Shown here piece after piece: positions 45,961-55,820 of a DNA stretch of 64,000 nucleotides (position 1 is the first letter of the stretch; every line of letters starts with the position of its first letter). The position numbers and the translations under genes were made by a program. Source of the DNA: Bacillota bacterium (GTDB lineage Bacteria > Bacillota > Clostridia > Acetivibrionales > DTU013). Where the stretch lies: the NCBI GenBank assembly GCA_023412665.1, contig JAEZCA010000068.1, positions 3,651 to 67,650 of the forward strand, read 5' to 3'. The notes beneath the pieces were generated by a model. That model saw only the letters and a list, made by a program, of their open reading frames with translations. It did not search any database and was not told the origin of the DNA.

Positions 45961-46010
45961 ATAGAAGCAATTTGTTCGGTCATACAGGATGGAGGACAAA
46001 TTGCTTCTAT
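45961..46010 (+). terminator. 15-bp perfect stem-loop after abrB
   Basis: ATAGAAGCAATTTGT-N20-ACAAATTGCTTCTAT. The T tract is weak. Confidence 0.5.
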
Positions 46011-46102
46011 TATGATAAGGGGAATGCGTTTTCAACGAGGCGGGAGGCAGCTGTCGCCGGGGTAATGTTATTTGATTTTCAGAGGGTGGTTTTCTGAAGG
46101 TA

Positions 46103-48730
46103 TTGAAAAAAAACAATGTTCTAAATAAAACTTTACAGATTATGGCGGTCGCTTTGATAACAGGACTCCTATTTTATTATTCCGTTACAAGGATACTTGT
46201 ATTTGATATGGAGAACTCTCTTATAAGGTATGCAAATCAAGGAGCGGCAAATGTCAGCAGTTTCGTACAGGGACGCTTGTCGGAGACAAGGTCGATCGCT
46301 GCCAACAGTATTATCAGTAATACCTCTCTGCCAATAGAACAGCGGCTGGAGGAGCTTCGATTGCAGCTGAGCCTTGACAGATACAGAAGGCTGAGTATTG
46401 CCGACACGAATGGCAATTCCATAACCACAGACGGAGTAAGTCTCAATATTCTGGACAGAGAGTACTATATGCGTGCAATGGCCGGAGAGTCTGTTGTATC
46501 GGACCCATTTAAAAGCCGGGTAGATGGCGCGATGGTAATTACATTTGCAGTTCCTTTATATAATGAAGAGAAAATTGCAGGAGTTCTTTATGCCACTTAC
46601 GATGCAGATGTTATCAGTACTATCACAGACCAAATAAAGCTCAGTGACAGCGGGTACACATTTATTATCAATAAGCAGGGAAATATCATTGCACATAAGG
46701 ACAGAAAGCTTGTTTACAGTGTTAGGAACGAAATACAGAACTCCTTTGAAATCAATAAGCTGGACAGGCTTGCTGAGCTTGAGAGAAGGATGATTGCAGG
46801 CGAAAGCGGCACCGGCGAATATACATATAATGGTGAAAAACGATACATGGGCTTTTGCCCGATTGAGGATACAGGTTGGTCAATTGCGGTGACTGCCCCA
46901 AAAAGTGCGGTTTTCAGCAAGCTCAATATTGTTTTCATTATACTTTTGATACTGATACTAACCATGTCATTTATTATCGCATTCGTCATGTCCCGCACCA
47001 GACTTCTGAAGATTGACTTGCTGAGGCAGCAGGTCAATACATACAGGATTGCTGATTTTACAAATCTCATCGCTTTTTCCATAAAGCGGGACGGGACCAT
47101 ATTGACATCAAACAGATACGCAGAGGATATCCTGCTGTATTTTGATAAATATGGAGCAAATAAGGTGCAGAATCTATTCGAACTTCTATCGGAAGACGAC
47201 AAGAAAACGCTGTTGGAGTCCATTGGCAATGTAAACACCAATGACAGCAGCACTAGCTTCGAGTTTGCTCTTCGCAGGGGCGACAGCAATACAATCCATA
47301 TCTACTGCAATGCCATAGAGGACAAGGATGTGGACGGCATCGTTGAGATACTTGGTGTCGATATAACTCAGAGAGTGATCCAGGAAAATATCCTTCAGGA
47401 CAGCTTTGAAGAACTTACGGTTGTGTACGATGAGCTCGCTGCCACCGAAGAGACTATCAGGCAGCTGGCATATAAGGATCAGCTTACAGGTCTTCCTAAC
47501 AGAGCGGCGCTGTTCAATGAGGTTGGAAAGGTCATTTCCGGCTTTGGAGAAGCTGATAAATGTGCACTGCTGTACCTGGACATGGATAACTTCAAATATA
47601 TCAACGATTCCTTCAGCCATTCCATGGGAGATATGCTGCTGGTGGAAATCGGAAGACGAATAAGGGATACCTTCAATGATAATGAGATGGTTGCCAGATT
47701 TGAAGGCGATGAGTTTGTCGTTTTCATTAGGAAGATATATTCTGTTGAAGATCTGAATACGAAAATCACAATGGCCATGAAGGTGTTCGAAGAGCCGTTC
47801 AATGTCATGAGAAATCATTTCCATGTTTCAGCCAGCTGCGGTATATGTATCTATCCTGATCATGCCTCATCCATCGAAGATATGATGAAGAGCTCGGATG
47901 TTGCAATGTATCATGCTAAAAAGGAAGGTAAAAATACTCATATCATGTTCAGGCAGGAAATGAACGATGCATTTGTCGAGAGGATCGAGATGGAAAACGG
48001 GCTGAGGCGTGCTATTGAAAATGATGAGTTTATCCTTTATTACCAGCCACAGGTCGATCTGACATCAGGCAGCATAGTAAGCTTTGAGGCATTGCTCAGG
48101 TGGGTCCATTCCGAACGGGGAATTATCCCGCCATTGAAATTTATCGGTGTCGCGGAGGAAACCGGCCTGATCGTACAGATTGGGAAATGGGTTTTGAAAA
48201 CCGCATGTGAGTTCATTGTTAACATTAACAGACGCTCAGGCAAGGAATATGGCATATCTGTGAATATTTCAGTTGTTCAGCTTATGCAGGCCGACTTTGT
48301 CAGTATGGTAGAGAACACACTGAAAAAAACGGGACTTTCGCCATCGTTGCTTGAATTGGAGATAACAGAGTCAAAACTTGTCGAGACAGTTGACATAAAC
48401 CTTCAAAAGCTGTATGAACTCAGAAAAATCGGAGTGCGTTTCTCAATAGATGATTTTGGGAAGGGCTTCTCATCATTAAGCTATCTCAAGCAGCTGCCGG
48501 TAACTACGCTAAAGATAGATAAATGCTTCGTTGACGATATACCTGACAATGATAACAGCATGATAGAATCCATAATCCATATAGGTCATAAACGTAACCT
48601 TCTTGTGGTTGCAGAAGGCGTGGAAAAGAAGGAACAGTTCGAGTACCTGGTAAAACACAAATGCGACATGGTGCAAGGGTACTATTGTTCAAGGCCAGTT
48701 CCGGAAGAGGATATAAGAGGAATGCTGTAA
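46103..48730 (+). CDS. Membrane sensor: dCache-TM-PAS-GGDEF(degenerate)-EAL protein
   Basis: Two TM helices flank a periplasmic Cache-like region. The GGDEF site reads RFEGDEF. EAL motifs are intact: FEALLRW, DDFGKGFSSLSYL, VAEGVE. Confidence 0.9.
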   Translation: MKKNNVLNKTLQIMAVALITGLLFYYSVTRILVFDMENSLIRYANQGAANVSSFVQGRLSETRSIAANSIISNTSLPIEQRLEELRLQLSLDRYRRLSIADTNGNSITTDGVSLNILDREYYMRAMAGESVVSDPFKSRVDGAMVITFAVPLYNEEKIAGVLYATYDADVISTITDQIKLSDSGYTFIINKQGNIIAHKDRKLVYSVRNEIQNSFEINKLDRLAELERRMIAGESGTGEYTYNGEKRYMGFCPIEDTGWSIAVTAPKSAVFSKLNIVFIILLILILTMSFIIAFVMSRTRLLKIDLLRQQVNTYRIADFTNLIAFSIKRDGTILTSNRYAEDILLYFDKYGANKVQNLFELLSEDDKKTLLESIGNVNTNDSSTSFEFALRRGDSNTIHIYCNAIEDKDVDGIVEILGVDITQRVIQENILQDSFEELTVVYDELAATEETIRQLAYKDQLTGLPNRAALFNEVGKVISGFGEADKCALLYLDMDNFKYINDSFSHSMGDMLLVEIGRRIRDTFNDNEMVARFEGDEFVVFIRKIYSVEDLNTKITMAMKVFEEPFNVMRNHFHVSASCGICIYPDHASSIEDMMKSSDVAMYHAKKEGKNTHIMFRQEMNDAFVERIEMENGLRRAIENDEFILYYQPQVDLTSGSIVSFEALLRWVHSERGIIPPLKFIGVAEETGLIVQIGKWVLKTACEFIVNINRRSGKEYGISVNISVVQLMQADFVSMVENTLKKTGLSPSLLELEITESKLVETVDINLQKLYELRKIGVRFSIDDFGKGFSSLSYLKQLPVTTLKIDKCFVDDIPDNDNSMIESIIHIGHKRNLLVVAEGVEKKEQFEYLVKHKCDMVQGYYCSRPVPEEDIRGML

Positions 48731-48743
48731 TTGAAAAATATAG

Positions 48744-48820
48744 TTATCCACAGCGATTCAGCCTTAAAAAACTGGGTTATGCACAGACTTATCAACATTA
48801 TCCACAGGGGCATTTCCACA
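48744..48820 (+). promoter_or_regulatory. DnaA-box cluster (5 boxes, same orientation)
   Basis: TTATCCACA at 48744-52 and 48798-806 (perfect). TTATGCACA at 48777-85 and TTATCAACA at 48789-97 (1 mismatch each). ATTTCCACA at 48812-20 (2 mismatches). Confidence 0.6.
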
Positions 48821-48952
48821 AAACGAGTGTTCTGAGGATATCTTTTCTCACAGATTATCAGACATACATACCGGTATTTAGTATTATTCATTAGAACCGT
48901 AGCTGTTCTTTCAGCACGGCAGTATAAATATCGATATGTTGGAGGTAATTAT

Positions 48953-49474
48953 ATGAGAAGAAGCAACACATCGCTCGGAGGACTGCTAATAATAGCGGGT
49001 GGATTGCTGCTGGCTGCACGCTTGTTGTTCAGAAATCCTTTGTTTTCCCTTGATGCCGGTGATTTTTGGCCAATAATCATACTCCTTGTAGGTGCGGGTT
49101 TTGAGCTTGCATACTATATTTCACTTAAAGCGCCGGGGCTTCTTGTGCCCGGAGGGATCCTGACCACCTACAGCCTGCTGTTTTTCTTTGAGACAGCCAC
49201 TAACTGGCGGTTTGCAGCTGTTACCTGGCCGATATATCTGGTGGGTGTTGCAGTAGGACTGTTCCAGCTTTACCTGCACAGTGGACGGCCGAGAGGCCTT
49301 TTAACGGCAATCGGGATTATTGGCGGTATTGCTGCGGCGTGCTTTATTGCAATGTGCTTCAGGTTTATGCTGGGGATTGTCGATCTGGGAGTGCTTATAC
49401 CAATAGTACTGCTTTTAGGAGGCTTGATACTTGTCTCCAGAAAAAGAGGGAGCGCCGGGTCGGGCAGCTGGTAA
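48953..49474 (+). CDS. Polytopic membrane protein (unknown; LiaF/DUF-like TM region)
   Basis: GGAGG Shine-Dalgarno. 5-6 hydrophobic helices and no recognisable soluble domain. Confidence 0.5.
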   Translation: MRRSNTSLGGLLIIAGGLLLAARLLFRNPLFSLDAGDFWPIIILLVGAGFELAYYISLKAPGLLVPGGILTTYSLLFFFETATNWRFAAVTWPIYLVGVAVGLFQLYLHSGRPRGLLTAIGIIGGIAAACFIAMCFRFMLGIVDLGVLIPIVLLLGGLILVSRKRGSAGSGSW

Positions 49475-49585
49475 CGTATTTTAGCGGAAAAGCTGAAAAG
49501 GGCAAAAAAGTTGGTTAGTCTGGCGACTAACCATGTAAAGGGGGTCAAAATGTATTTTGTGAGGTCACAATTATTATTGACCCCT

Positions 49586-50110
49586 TTAGCATTGTTTTAT
49601 ACACATATTTAAAAACTTTTCTTTTATTTCTGTTATTATGGTCTCTATATGCTTTTTTGAACAATCTATTTCTACATCTGCATACTTTTTATAAAGAGGC
49701 ATCCTTTCCTCATAAAGAGCTGCGACCGATTGGCCGGGCTGCATGGCGATTCCCCGGGTTTGGATATTCTTTAGCCTGCGCTCCAGCTGGTACATTTTAG
49801 TGTTCAGGAAGAACAGCACTCCTGCGGACTTCAGACGGTCCATAGCAGCCCTGCTGTAAATCACGCTTCCTCCTGTGGCTATGACATGATTTGTCAAATC
49901 AAGCTCCATTACTATACGTTCCTCTATTTTTATAAAACTTTCGATTCCGTTTTTTTCTATCAGGTCCTGCAGGTAGCTGTTTTCCTGCCGCTGTATCAGC
50001 AGATCAGTGTCAGTAAACGGCATCTTCAGAGCTTTTGCAAGCAAAACGCCCACGGTGCTCTTGCCGGCTCCAGGCATTCCTATTAGAACCAGATTCTTGT
50101 TTTCTGTCAT
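49586..50110 (-). CDS. aroK: Shikimate kinase
   Basis: LVLIGMPGAGKSTVG P-loop. FTDTDLLI. ATGGG. Confidence 0.9.
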   Translation of the reverse strand: MTENKNLVLIGMPGAGKSTVGVLLAKALKMPFTDTDLLIQRQENSYLQDLIEKNGIESFIKIEERIVMELDLTNHVIATGGSVIYSRAAMDRLKSAGVLFFLNTKMYQLERRLKNIQTRGIAMQPGQSVAALYEERMPLYKKYADVEIDCSKKHIETIITEIKEKFLNMCIKQC

Positions 50111-50221
50111 ACCGACCGCCTCATAAATGATAAATAAATCGTTTCATGTCAATACTATACCATATATGTAGCTTACAGAAAATGCTCAGATATTGCAATC
50201 AAATATGGGAGGGTACATCAT

Positions 50222-50557
50222 ATGGATTATTCAAGAGACAAGAGCTACGGTACAGGAGACAAAAACAGGTACGATAAAGACAGCAGCCGCCCGATGTTTG
50301 ATGAGGAGCTTGACAGCAGGGTCATTAATGCCGAAAGCCTCCAGATCGATACGACACTCAATGATATTTCAAAGGAACTCAGGCCGGGTGAAACTCTGGT
50401 ACTGGATATCGGAAACAATTACTTTGAGCAGACTGATGAAATCTATGATACTCTGGTAATGAGGGGCTATGACGTCAGGAAGTCATTTAAAAACGGGAGA
50501 AATCAGATACTTGTCAGCAGGAGTCCGCATCAGCATACAACGGCAAAACCCGAGTAA
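50222..50557 (+). CDS. Hypothetical small protein
   Basis: GGGAGGG Shine-Dalgarno 10 nt upstream. 111 aa, charged N-terminus. No motif recognised. Confidence 0.45.
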   Translation: MDYSRDKSYGTGDKNRYDKDSSRPMFDEELDSRVINAESLQIDTTLNDISKELRPGETLVLDIGNNYFEQTDEIYDTLVMRGYDVRKSFKNGRNQILVSRSPHQHTTAKPE

Positions 50558-50694
50558 CATTACAGCTTTATTAAATTTATCCATTTCATACTGCTAAGCC
50601 TCCGACAGCATTAATTCATGTTGTCTTGCTGCCGATAAATATATAGGGGTTTTAATATTCCTGGCTCTATTGTATAACCGGAGGTCTTAGCTAT

Positions 50695-53600
50695 ATGAAA
50701 CGTTCTAAAAAGTATATTGCTTTGTTAGTTGCAACAGTATTTATATTTACTATATTTGCAGGCCTTTCCACAGCCTCATATGCTGCTGCAATGCCTGTCA
50801 CTGTATCGGTGGAAAGCTACAGAGACGGTGTGCTGACTGTAAGATGGAATCAGCCGGCTGGTACAAAGGGCGCAATTATAACCTATCATGTGCCCGACAA
50901 TAATGACAATGCTTCACCGGCAGCCACAATATACGTTGTAGGTGACTCGAAGGCGCAGATCAAGGATCTCAAGGCAGACTACATATATGATATCAATGTT
51001 ACTTTATACGGGGCATTGGATGCCGGAAACCTGCCAAACGGAGAACCTACCGGAAAAGGGCTGCTGTTTTTTCTTCCTTCCATAACCTTTAAGGCGGCTG
51101 CAATTGCCCCTGCTCCATCATTTGCAACTATTCCAGGCGGTGGCCGCGAGTCAGGTACAAACCCCAAGCTGAAACTCAGCTGGAAAACTCCAAAGGCGTT
51201 TTTTGACCCGGACTATCTGACCGCTTCGCCTGCAGGCTATGCAGACCCCGATCCTGGTAACAACGTGTTTGCAGAGGCTTCAGAGAATAATGTCAAACAA
51301 TTCATGGAAAAATCACTCAATGATATATATACCGACAACATTCGTGATCTGGACACACTAAATTTCAGGATAAATATATCCAGCCGGCTCAATCTTCTCA
51401 ATTCAGGCTCATCCCAGTCGGCTATACTTATTGACCAGTCAGCCTCCGATGTCAGTGCATATGAAGCATATGTTTCCGGGACTTCAAATCCAAGGGCTGT
51501 TGTGACAAGCCCTGATACTCAGGGCTTCAGGAGTATCCAGCTGGAGGGCAGAGCTGACAGATCTTCGCCAATGCCTCCTGATACGGCCGGGGATTCAATT
51601 CTTCCTGACAGTGAAATACTTCCCGGAACGGTCTATTACATGAACATAAAGCCGATATACAAGGATGCGACTGGAAGTATAGGAATGGGATCCGCCGTCT
51701 CCGTCGGTGATCCGGAAAACCAGAATGGCAGTATGCTTTTTGGTGAAAGAGCATATGTCAATACTCCCATACGCTTTCAACTGACAAAGGACAGCGCTAA
51801 CAATATTTACTTAAAGATATATAAGATCAATCAGGGCAGTCTTGATCTTCCGAGACTATATTATGAAGTGCAGGTCACGGATGATCCTTCCATGCAGGGT
51901 GAGTGGGAAATCAAAAAAACAATGGATGACTCGTATTTTAACGGAGATTTTGCTGTCACAGTAATATCCGGGGTCAATCCCAACAATACTGTCTATTATA
52001 AAATTGTCGTAAAGTCGGAGAACCCCGTGGACAGGCTGGAGTCACTGGCAATGCCATATGCTCTTACTATAGACACAAGCAGGCCGCCGCTGCCAATGAG
52101 CATAGCTGTCAACAACAGAGAGCTCCACATCGACACAGTCGATCTGCCCACTGCTGACGATCCTTCGGATCCGGCAAGTGATGATATCATAGTCAAATCC
52201 ACGGATGTCACATTATCGTGGGAAAAGCCCCTCAATTGGGACGATATAAAAAATGACTTGTATTTCCACTTCCTGATCAGTACCAATCAAACTGATCTTC
52301 CATCCAAAGCGCCGATTTTTATAAATGGAAAGCTGTGGGGTGCGGAAGAGGGCTATGATGTCAAATACCGAATGGTCAAATATATTAGCGCCCTGTCATC
52401 TAAGATAAAGGATACAGGCAACAGGCTGGAATATACACTGGATGGATTTGATCTCTTTACCTGGGAGGATGCTACAAGTGATGTGGGTACAATAGACAGA
52501 TTACCCGGTGATGAAACGTACCCCGGATTTCTGTTACCAAATACAGTTTATTACCTGCAGATGTACACAACTATTGTAGGCAGTGAGGCGGCTGCGGCCT
52601 CTGACAAATCCATTATTACGAGCTTTACAACGCTAAATGGAGTAGAACTGGATGTGCCGCTTCCGATGAGCTTTGAGCTTGAGGATAACTCAAAGCTGAC
52701 ACAAGGGGGTAGAGAGATCAACTATATAGACCTGAGATTCGATAAGGTATCGAATCTGGACTGGAGGAACTATACCACGAATTATAATGAACTGGAGTAC
52801 AAATATGATATTTATTATGATATCTATATGAATTCCAGGACCAATACACAATTCATCCCTGTTGGCACAACACAGGATCTAAACGGTGATGTGGGATTTA
52901 CAGGAGCCGACGATCTGCAAAGCACCTCGGTCATAGCCAGGATAAACAGGTTTACCGAAGCCAATACAAGCAGGCTGATCAGCTGCGGCCTTCTGCAGCC
53001 TGATGAGACAAGAAATCCGCGAACGGTTTTCGGACCTGAGCTGCTTCCGAATACTACTTACTATTTTCTCGTAAGGACCAGACTGGTCGTGACCAAACGA
53101 TCAGACGGGCAACCGGTGGAAATCAAGGAATCCATGAATACTGCCATTCTTCCGGTTACAACCATCCTGCTGGATGTAAAGCCACCGGATGACAGTAAAA
53201 GGAAGCCGCTGGCGCCGACGGACTTCGCAATTGCAGAGGATGGCAGCGGAAATCAGATAATTGCTGGCAGCAGCGTTACGTTCAGTTGGCTGCAACAGGA
53301 AGGCGATGTAATTTACCAGCTGATCAGAACTACGGGAAAGGTAGATCCTGCCGCTGACCTGCCGGAGTATGAAAGCGATCCGGAATACATAAGCTTTCTC
53401 AATGAGTACGGAAGGCCTGTTGGAAATAATCCCAACAGGAAGGCTGTTTATATTGATCCAGCCGGTAACTATAATTATGGTGGGAAATTCACCTGTGTCG
53501 ATGGTGTTTGTACCTTCACCGTAGACAAGGCCATGTTTCCGAACAAGCTTTACTACTTCAGTCTCAAGACGGTAAGGGTGGACAATGCCAGAGAGCTCCT

Positions 53601-55782
53601 CGAGCCTTCCTCCGAGAGCGTTTGGGTATCGATTCCCGTCACCACCTCCCTCATTGATCCGCCTTCATCACTGGAGGTCGTTCAGATCCCTGAGCTGGGC
53701 ATTTGGTGGAATGATGATACAGCTGGATTGACAGCTGATGATTTCAGAATATATATAAAAGGTCCATCCGATCCTGCTTACAAGCTGATGACGAGAGCCC
53801 AGTCAACAATCGTAAAGGATCCTGATGCAATGACATATTACGGCAGGGTGACCGGTTTAAAGCAGGGCACCGCTTATGACGTAAGGGTTGCAAAGGGCAA
53901 GGATACGACTGTGTATGAAAAAACCGGGCTTATGACCAGAGACAGCTATCACCAGCTGGAGATAAAGTGGATAGGAAAGCCGCTGGATAATTACGCACGC
54001 TATGAGATAGCGATAATGGAGGAGGGCTCATCCGAATATACTGTACTTACCGCCGGCGATCTGGAGCAGTACACTAACAAGAATGGCTCCATACTACCCT
54101 ACTATACCGATGAAACAGCAAGGACGCTTAAGTCTGACGCACTTTATTTCTATGCCAGAATAAAGACAATGAATGTAACGCTGCCTGGCGGGATCGAGAC
54201 AAAGCAGCCCCTTCGTTCGAACACAAGATACATGATAAAGGTAAGAGCTGTAAAGGTGGATCCTGTCGAGGCAGATCTGATCTCATATTCCAAATACATA
54301 GGACCTGTAAGCTCCAGGACCGAGTTCAACCAGGATGACTATGACAACCAGGACAGGGAGGAGCAGCAGAAGGCAATCTTCCTGGACAGGATGAAGGAGC
54401 TTGAGAAAGGATATTTCTGGAGAGTCGCCATGGGTACCAACAATATCACCACGATACTTCTCAAGGGCGACAGGGTGGCTGATGCGCTGAAAAACTCCGC
54501 CGGGGATTCCTTTATCGTCGATCTTACCGGCATATCTGTCAATATCAATAAAGATGAGATATATGTACCGATAAACGTGGTCAATGCCATGAGAGCGCAG
54601 AAAAAGAGCCTTGTCATCAGAACTGCAGGTACGGAACTGCTGCTGAGGCCGGGGACACTCGATACAGCCTTCAATGACCTGATCAAGGACATATCTGAAA
54701 GGAAGGAAGTCAAGGACATCTACGTGAAGCTCGATCTAAAACGCGGAGGTGATGTCTATCCACCGCTTCCCTCCAATCAGGCGCCGGTTTCTGCAGTAAA
54801 TAGTGTTAAAATGCAGGCACAGGGCTTCACTGCAGCATACAGTGATATGGCGGGCCTGTTCCATGCCAAGCTGTACGATGAGGATTCGGGTCTTGTCGGC
54901 AAAATGCTGAATATGCTTCAGAACACTTATGTAGGAAGCGGGACGGGCTCTTCCGCCCTTATTGACCAGTATACTCGCAGTCTGGCGGAAATGATCGAAA
55001 AAGAGCTCTCTATATATATAAACGATACGCTGAATTCATCCAGACTCAGTAATGCTTTGAGGGACATAACAGTCTTCGATGCACCTGCAGCGGCAAACCT
55101 TGCTGTAAGCGATTCCAAAGGCGGAATGATGCCGTACGTACTGTACAATGGCTCGTCTGTCTGGCAAAAGCTGTCCAATGGCACGTCAGCCTCCGGATCT
55201 TCAGTTATATTTAGCATTATGGGGACTGGCAGCTTTGTAATAATGGCGCCGGCAAGTCTGTCGGGCGATATAAAAGGGCATTGGGCTGAAAGCAGCATAA
55301 CAAGCCTTGCAGCCAGATATGATCTGGAGGATGTATTCCCGGGTATACGAACCAGTTTCATGCCCAACAACAAGGCAACAGTCAAAGAAATAGTGCTGCT
55401 GTACGAAAAGGTAATAGGGAAATCGGCCGAAAATACGGGCCTCGATGCGAAAAATAAGCTTGCCAGACTGGGACTGGACAGCATTATTTCCCCGAATTCT
55501 CTTGCAAGAAATGCTGACAGACAGCAGACGGCTGCGATACTGTGCAGGCTCTACAGTGTCAAACAGGGAATAGATACTTCAAAGCTGAGACCTGCGGGAA
55601 GGACCGTGATATCAGATGAAAGCGGGATACGTGATGATTATTATGCATCAGTGATTATGATAGTTGACATAGATGTGATGAGACTCGATGGAAGCGGAAA
55701 ATTCAATCCCGGCGCAACTGTATCAAGAGCAGAGGCTGCAGAAGCCTTTGTCAGGCTCCTTCGCCTTACGGGTGATCTTTGA
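50695..55782 (+). CDS. Giant secreted Fn3-repeat protein with C-terminal SLH domains (S-layer/wall-anchored)
   Basis: Signal peptide ...STASYAAA. Multiple Fn3-like modules (W..P.. then ..T.YY..V.. strands, e.g. PNTVYYLQMYT, PNTTYYFLVRT, GTAYDVRVA). C-terminal SLH repeats (GHWAESSITSLAARYDL...; ATVSRAEAAEAFVRLLRL). Confidence 0.85.
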   Translation: MKRSKKYIALLVATVFIFTIFAGLSTASYAAAMPVTVSVESYRDGVLTVRWNQPAGTKGAIITYHVPDNNDNASPAATIYVVGDSKAQIKDLKADYIYDINVTLYGALDAGNLPNGEPTGKGLLFFLPSITFKAAAIAPAPSFATIPGGGRESGTNPKLKLSWKTPKAFFDPDYLTASPAGYADPDPGNNVFAEASENNVKQFMEKSLNDIYTDNIRDLDTLNFRINISSRLNLLNSGSSQSAILIDQSASDVSAYEAYVSGTSNPRAVVTSPDTQGFRSIQLEGRADRSSPMPPDTAGDSILPDSEILPGTVYYMNIKPIYKDATGSIGMGSAVSVGDPENQNGSMLFGERAYVNTPIRFQLTKDSANNIYLKIYKINQGSLDLPRLYYEVQVTDDPSMQGEWEIKKTMDDSYFNGDFAVTVISGVNPNNTVYYKIVVKSENPVDRLESLAMPYALTIDTSRPPLPMSIAVNNRELHIDTVDLPTADDPSDPASDDIIVKSTDVTLSWEKPLNWDDIKNDLYFHFLISTNQTDLPSKAPIFINGKLWGAEEGYDVKYRMVKYISALSSKIKDTGNRLEYTLDGFDLFTWEDATSDVGTIDRLPGDETYPGFLLPNTVYYLQMYTTIVGSEAAAASDKSIITSFTTLNGVELDVPLPMSFELEDNSKLTQGGREINYIDLRFDKVSNLDWRNYTTNYNELEYKYDIYYDIYMNSRTNTQFIPVGTTQDLNGDVGFTGADDLQSTSVIARINRFTEANTSRLISCGLLQPDETRNPRTVFGPELLPNTTYYFLVRTRLVVTKRSDGQPVEIKESMNTAILPVTTILLDVKPPDDSKRKPLAPTDFAIAEDGSGNQIIAGSSVTFSWLQQEGDVIYQLIRTTGKVDPAADLPEYESDPEYISFLNEYGRPVGNNPNRKAVYIDPAGNYNYGGKFTCVDGVCTFTVDKAMFPNKLYYFSLKTVRVDNARELLEPSSESVWVSIPVTTSLIDPPSSLEVVQIPELGIWWNDDTAGLTADDFRIYIKGPSDPAYKLMTRAQSTIVKDPDAMTYYGRVTGLKQGTAYDVRVAKGKDTTVYEKTGLMTRDSYHQLEIKWIGKPLDNYARYEIAIMEEGSSEYTVLTAGDLEQYTNKNGSILPYYTDETARTLKSDALYFYARIKTMNVTLPGGIETKQPLRSNTRYMIKVRAVKVDPVEADLISYSKYIGPVSSRTEFNQDDYDNQDREEQQKAIFLDRMKELEKGYFWRVAMGTNNITTILLKGDRVADALKNSAGDSFIVDLTGISVNINKDEIYVPINVVNAMRAQKKSLVIRTAGTELLLRPGTLDTAFNDLIKDISERKEVKDIYVKLDLKRGGDVYPPLPSNQAPVSAVNSVKMQAQGFTAAYSDMAGLFHAKLYDEDSGLVGKMLNMLQNTYVGSGTGSSALIDQYTRSLAEMIEKELSIYINDTLNSSRLSNALRDITVFDAPAAANLAVSDSKGGMMPYVLYNGSSVWQKLSNGTSASGSSVIFSIMGTGSFVIMAPASLSGDIKGHWAESSITSLAARYDLEDVFPGIRTSFMPNNKATVKEIVLLYEKVIGKSAENTGLDAKNKLARLGLDSIISPNSLARNADRQQTAAILCRLYSVKQGIDTSKLRPAGRTVISDESGIRDDYYASVIMIVDIDVMRLDGSGKFNPGATVSRAEAAEAFVRLLRLTGDL

Positions 55783-55820
55783 GTCCAATAGCTGAATAAT
55801 AGACCGGAGAGGGACACAAT

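Noticed and set aside
48731-48952. Interpreting the DnaA-box cluster as the chromosomal origin oriC
   Set aside because: No dnaA, dnaN or rpmH genes lie in the window and no obvious AT-rich unwinding element sits adjacent. Flanking genes are a GGDEF-EAL sensor and a membrane protein. Excluding oriC fully would need whole-genome GC skew.
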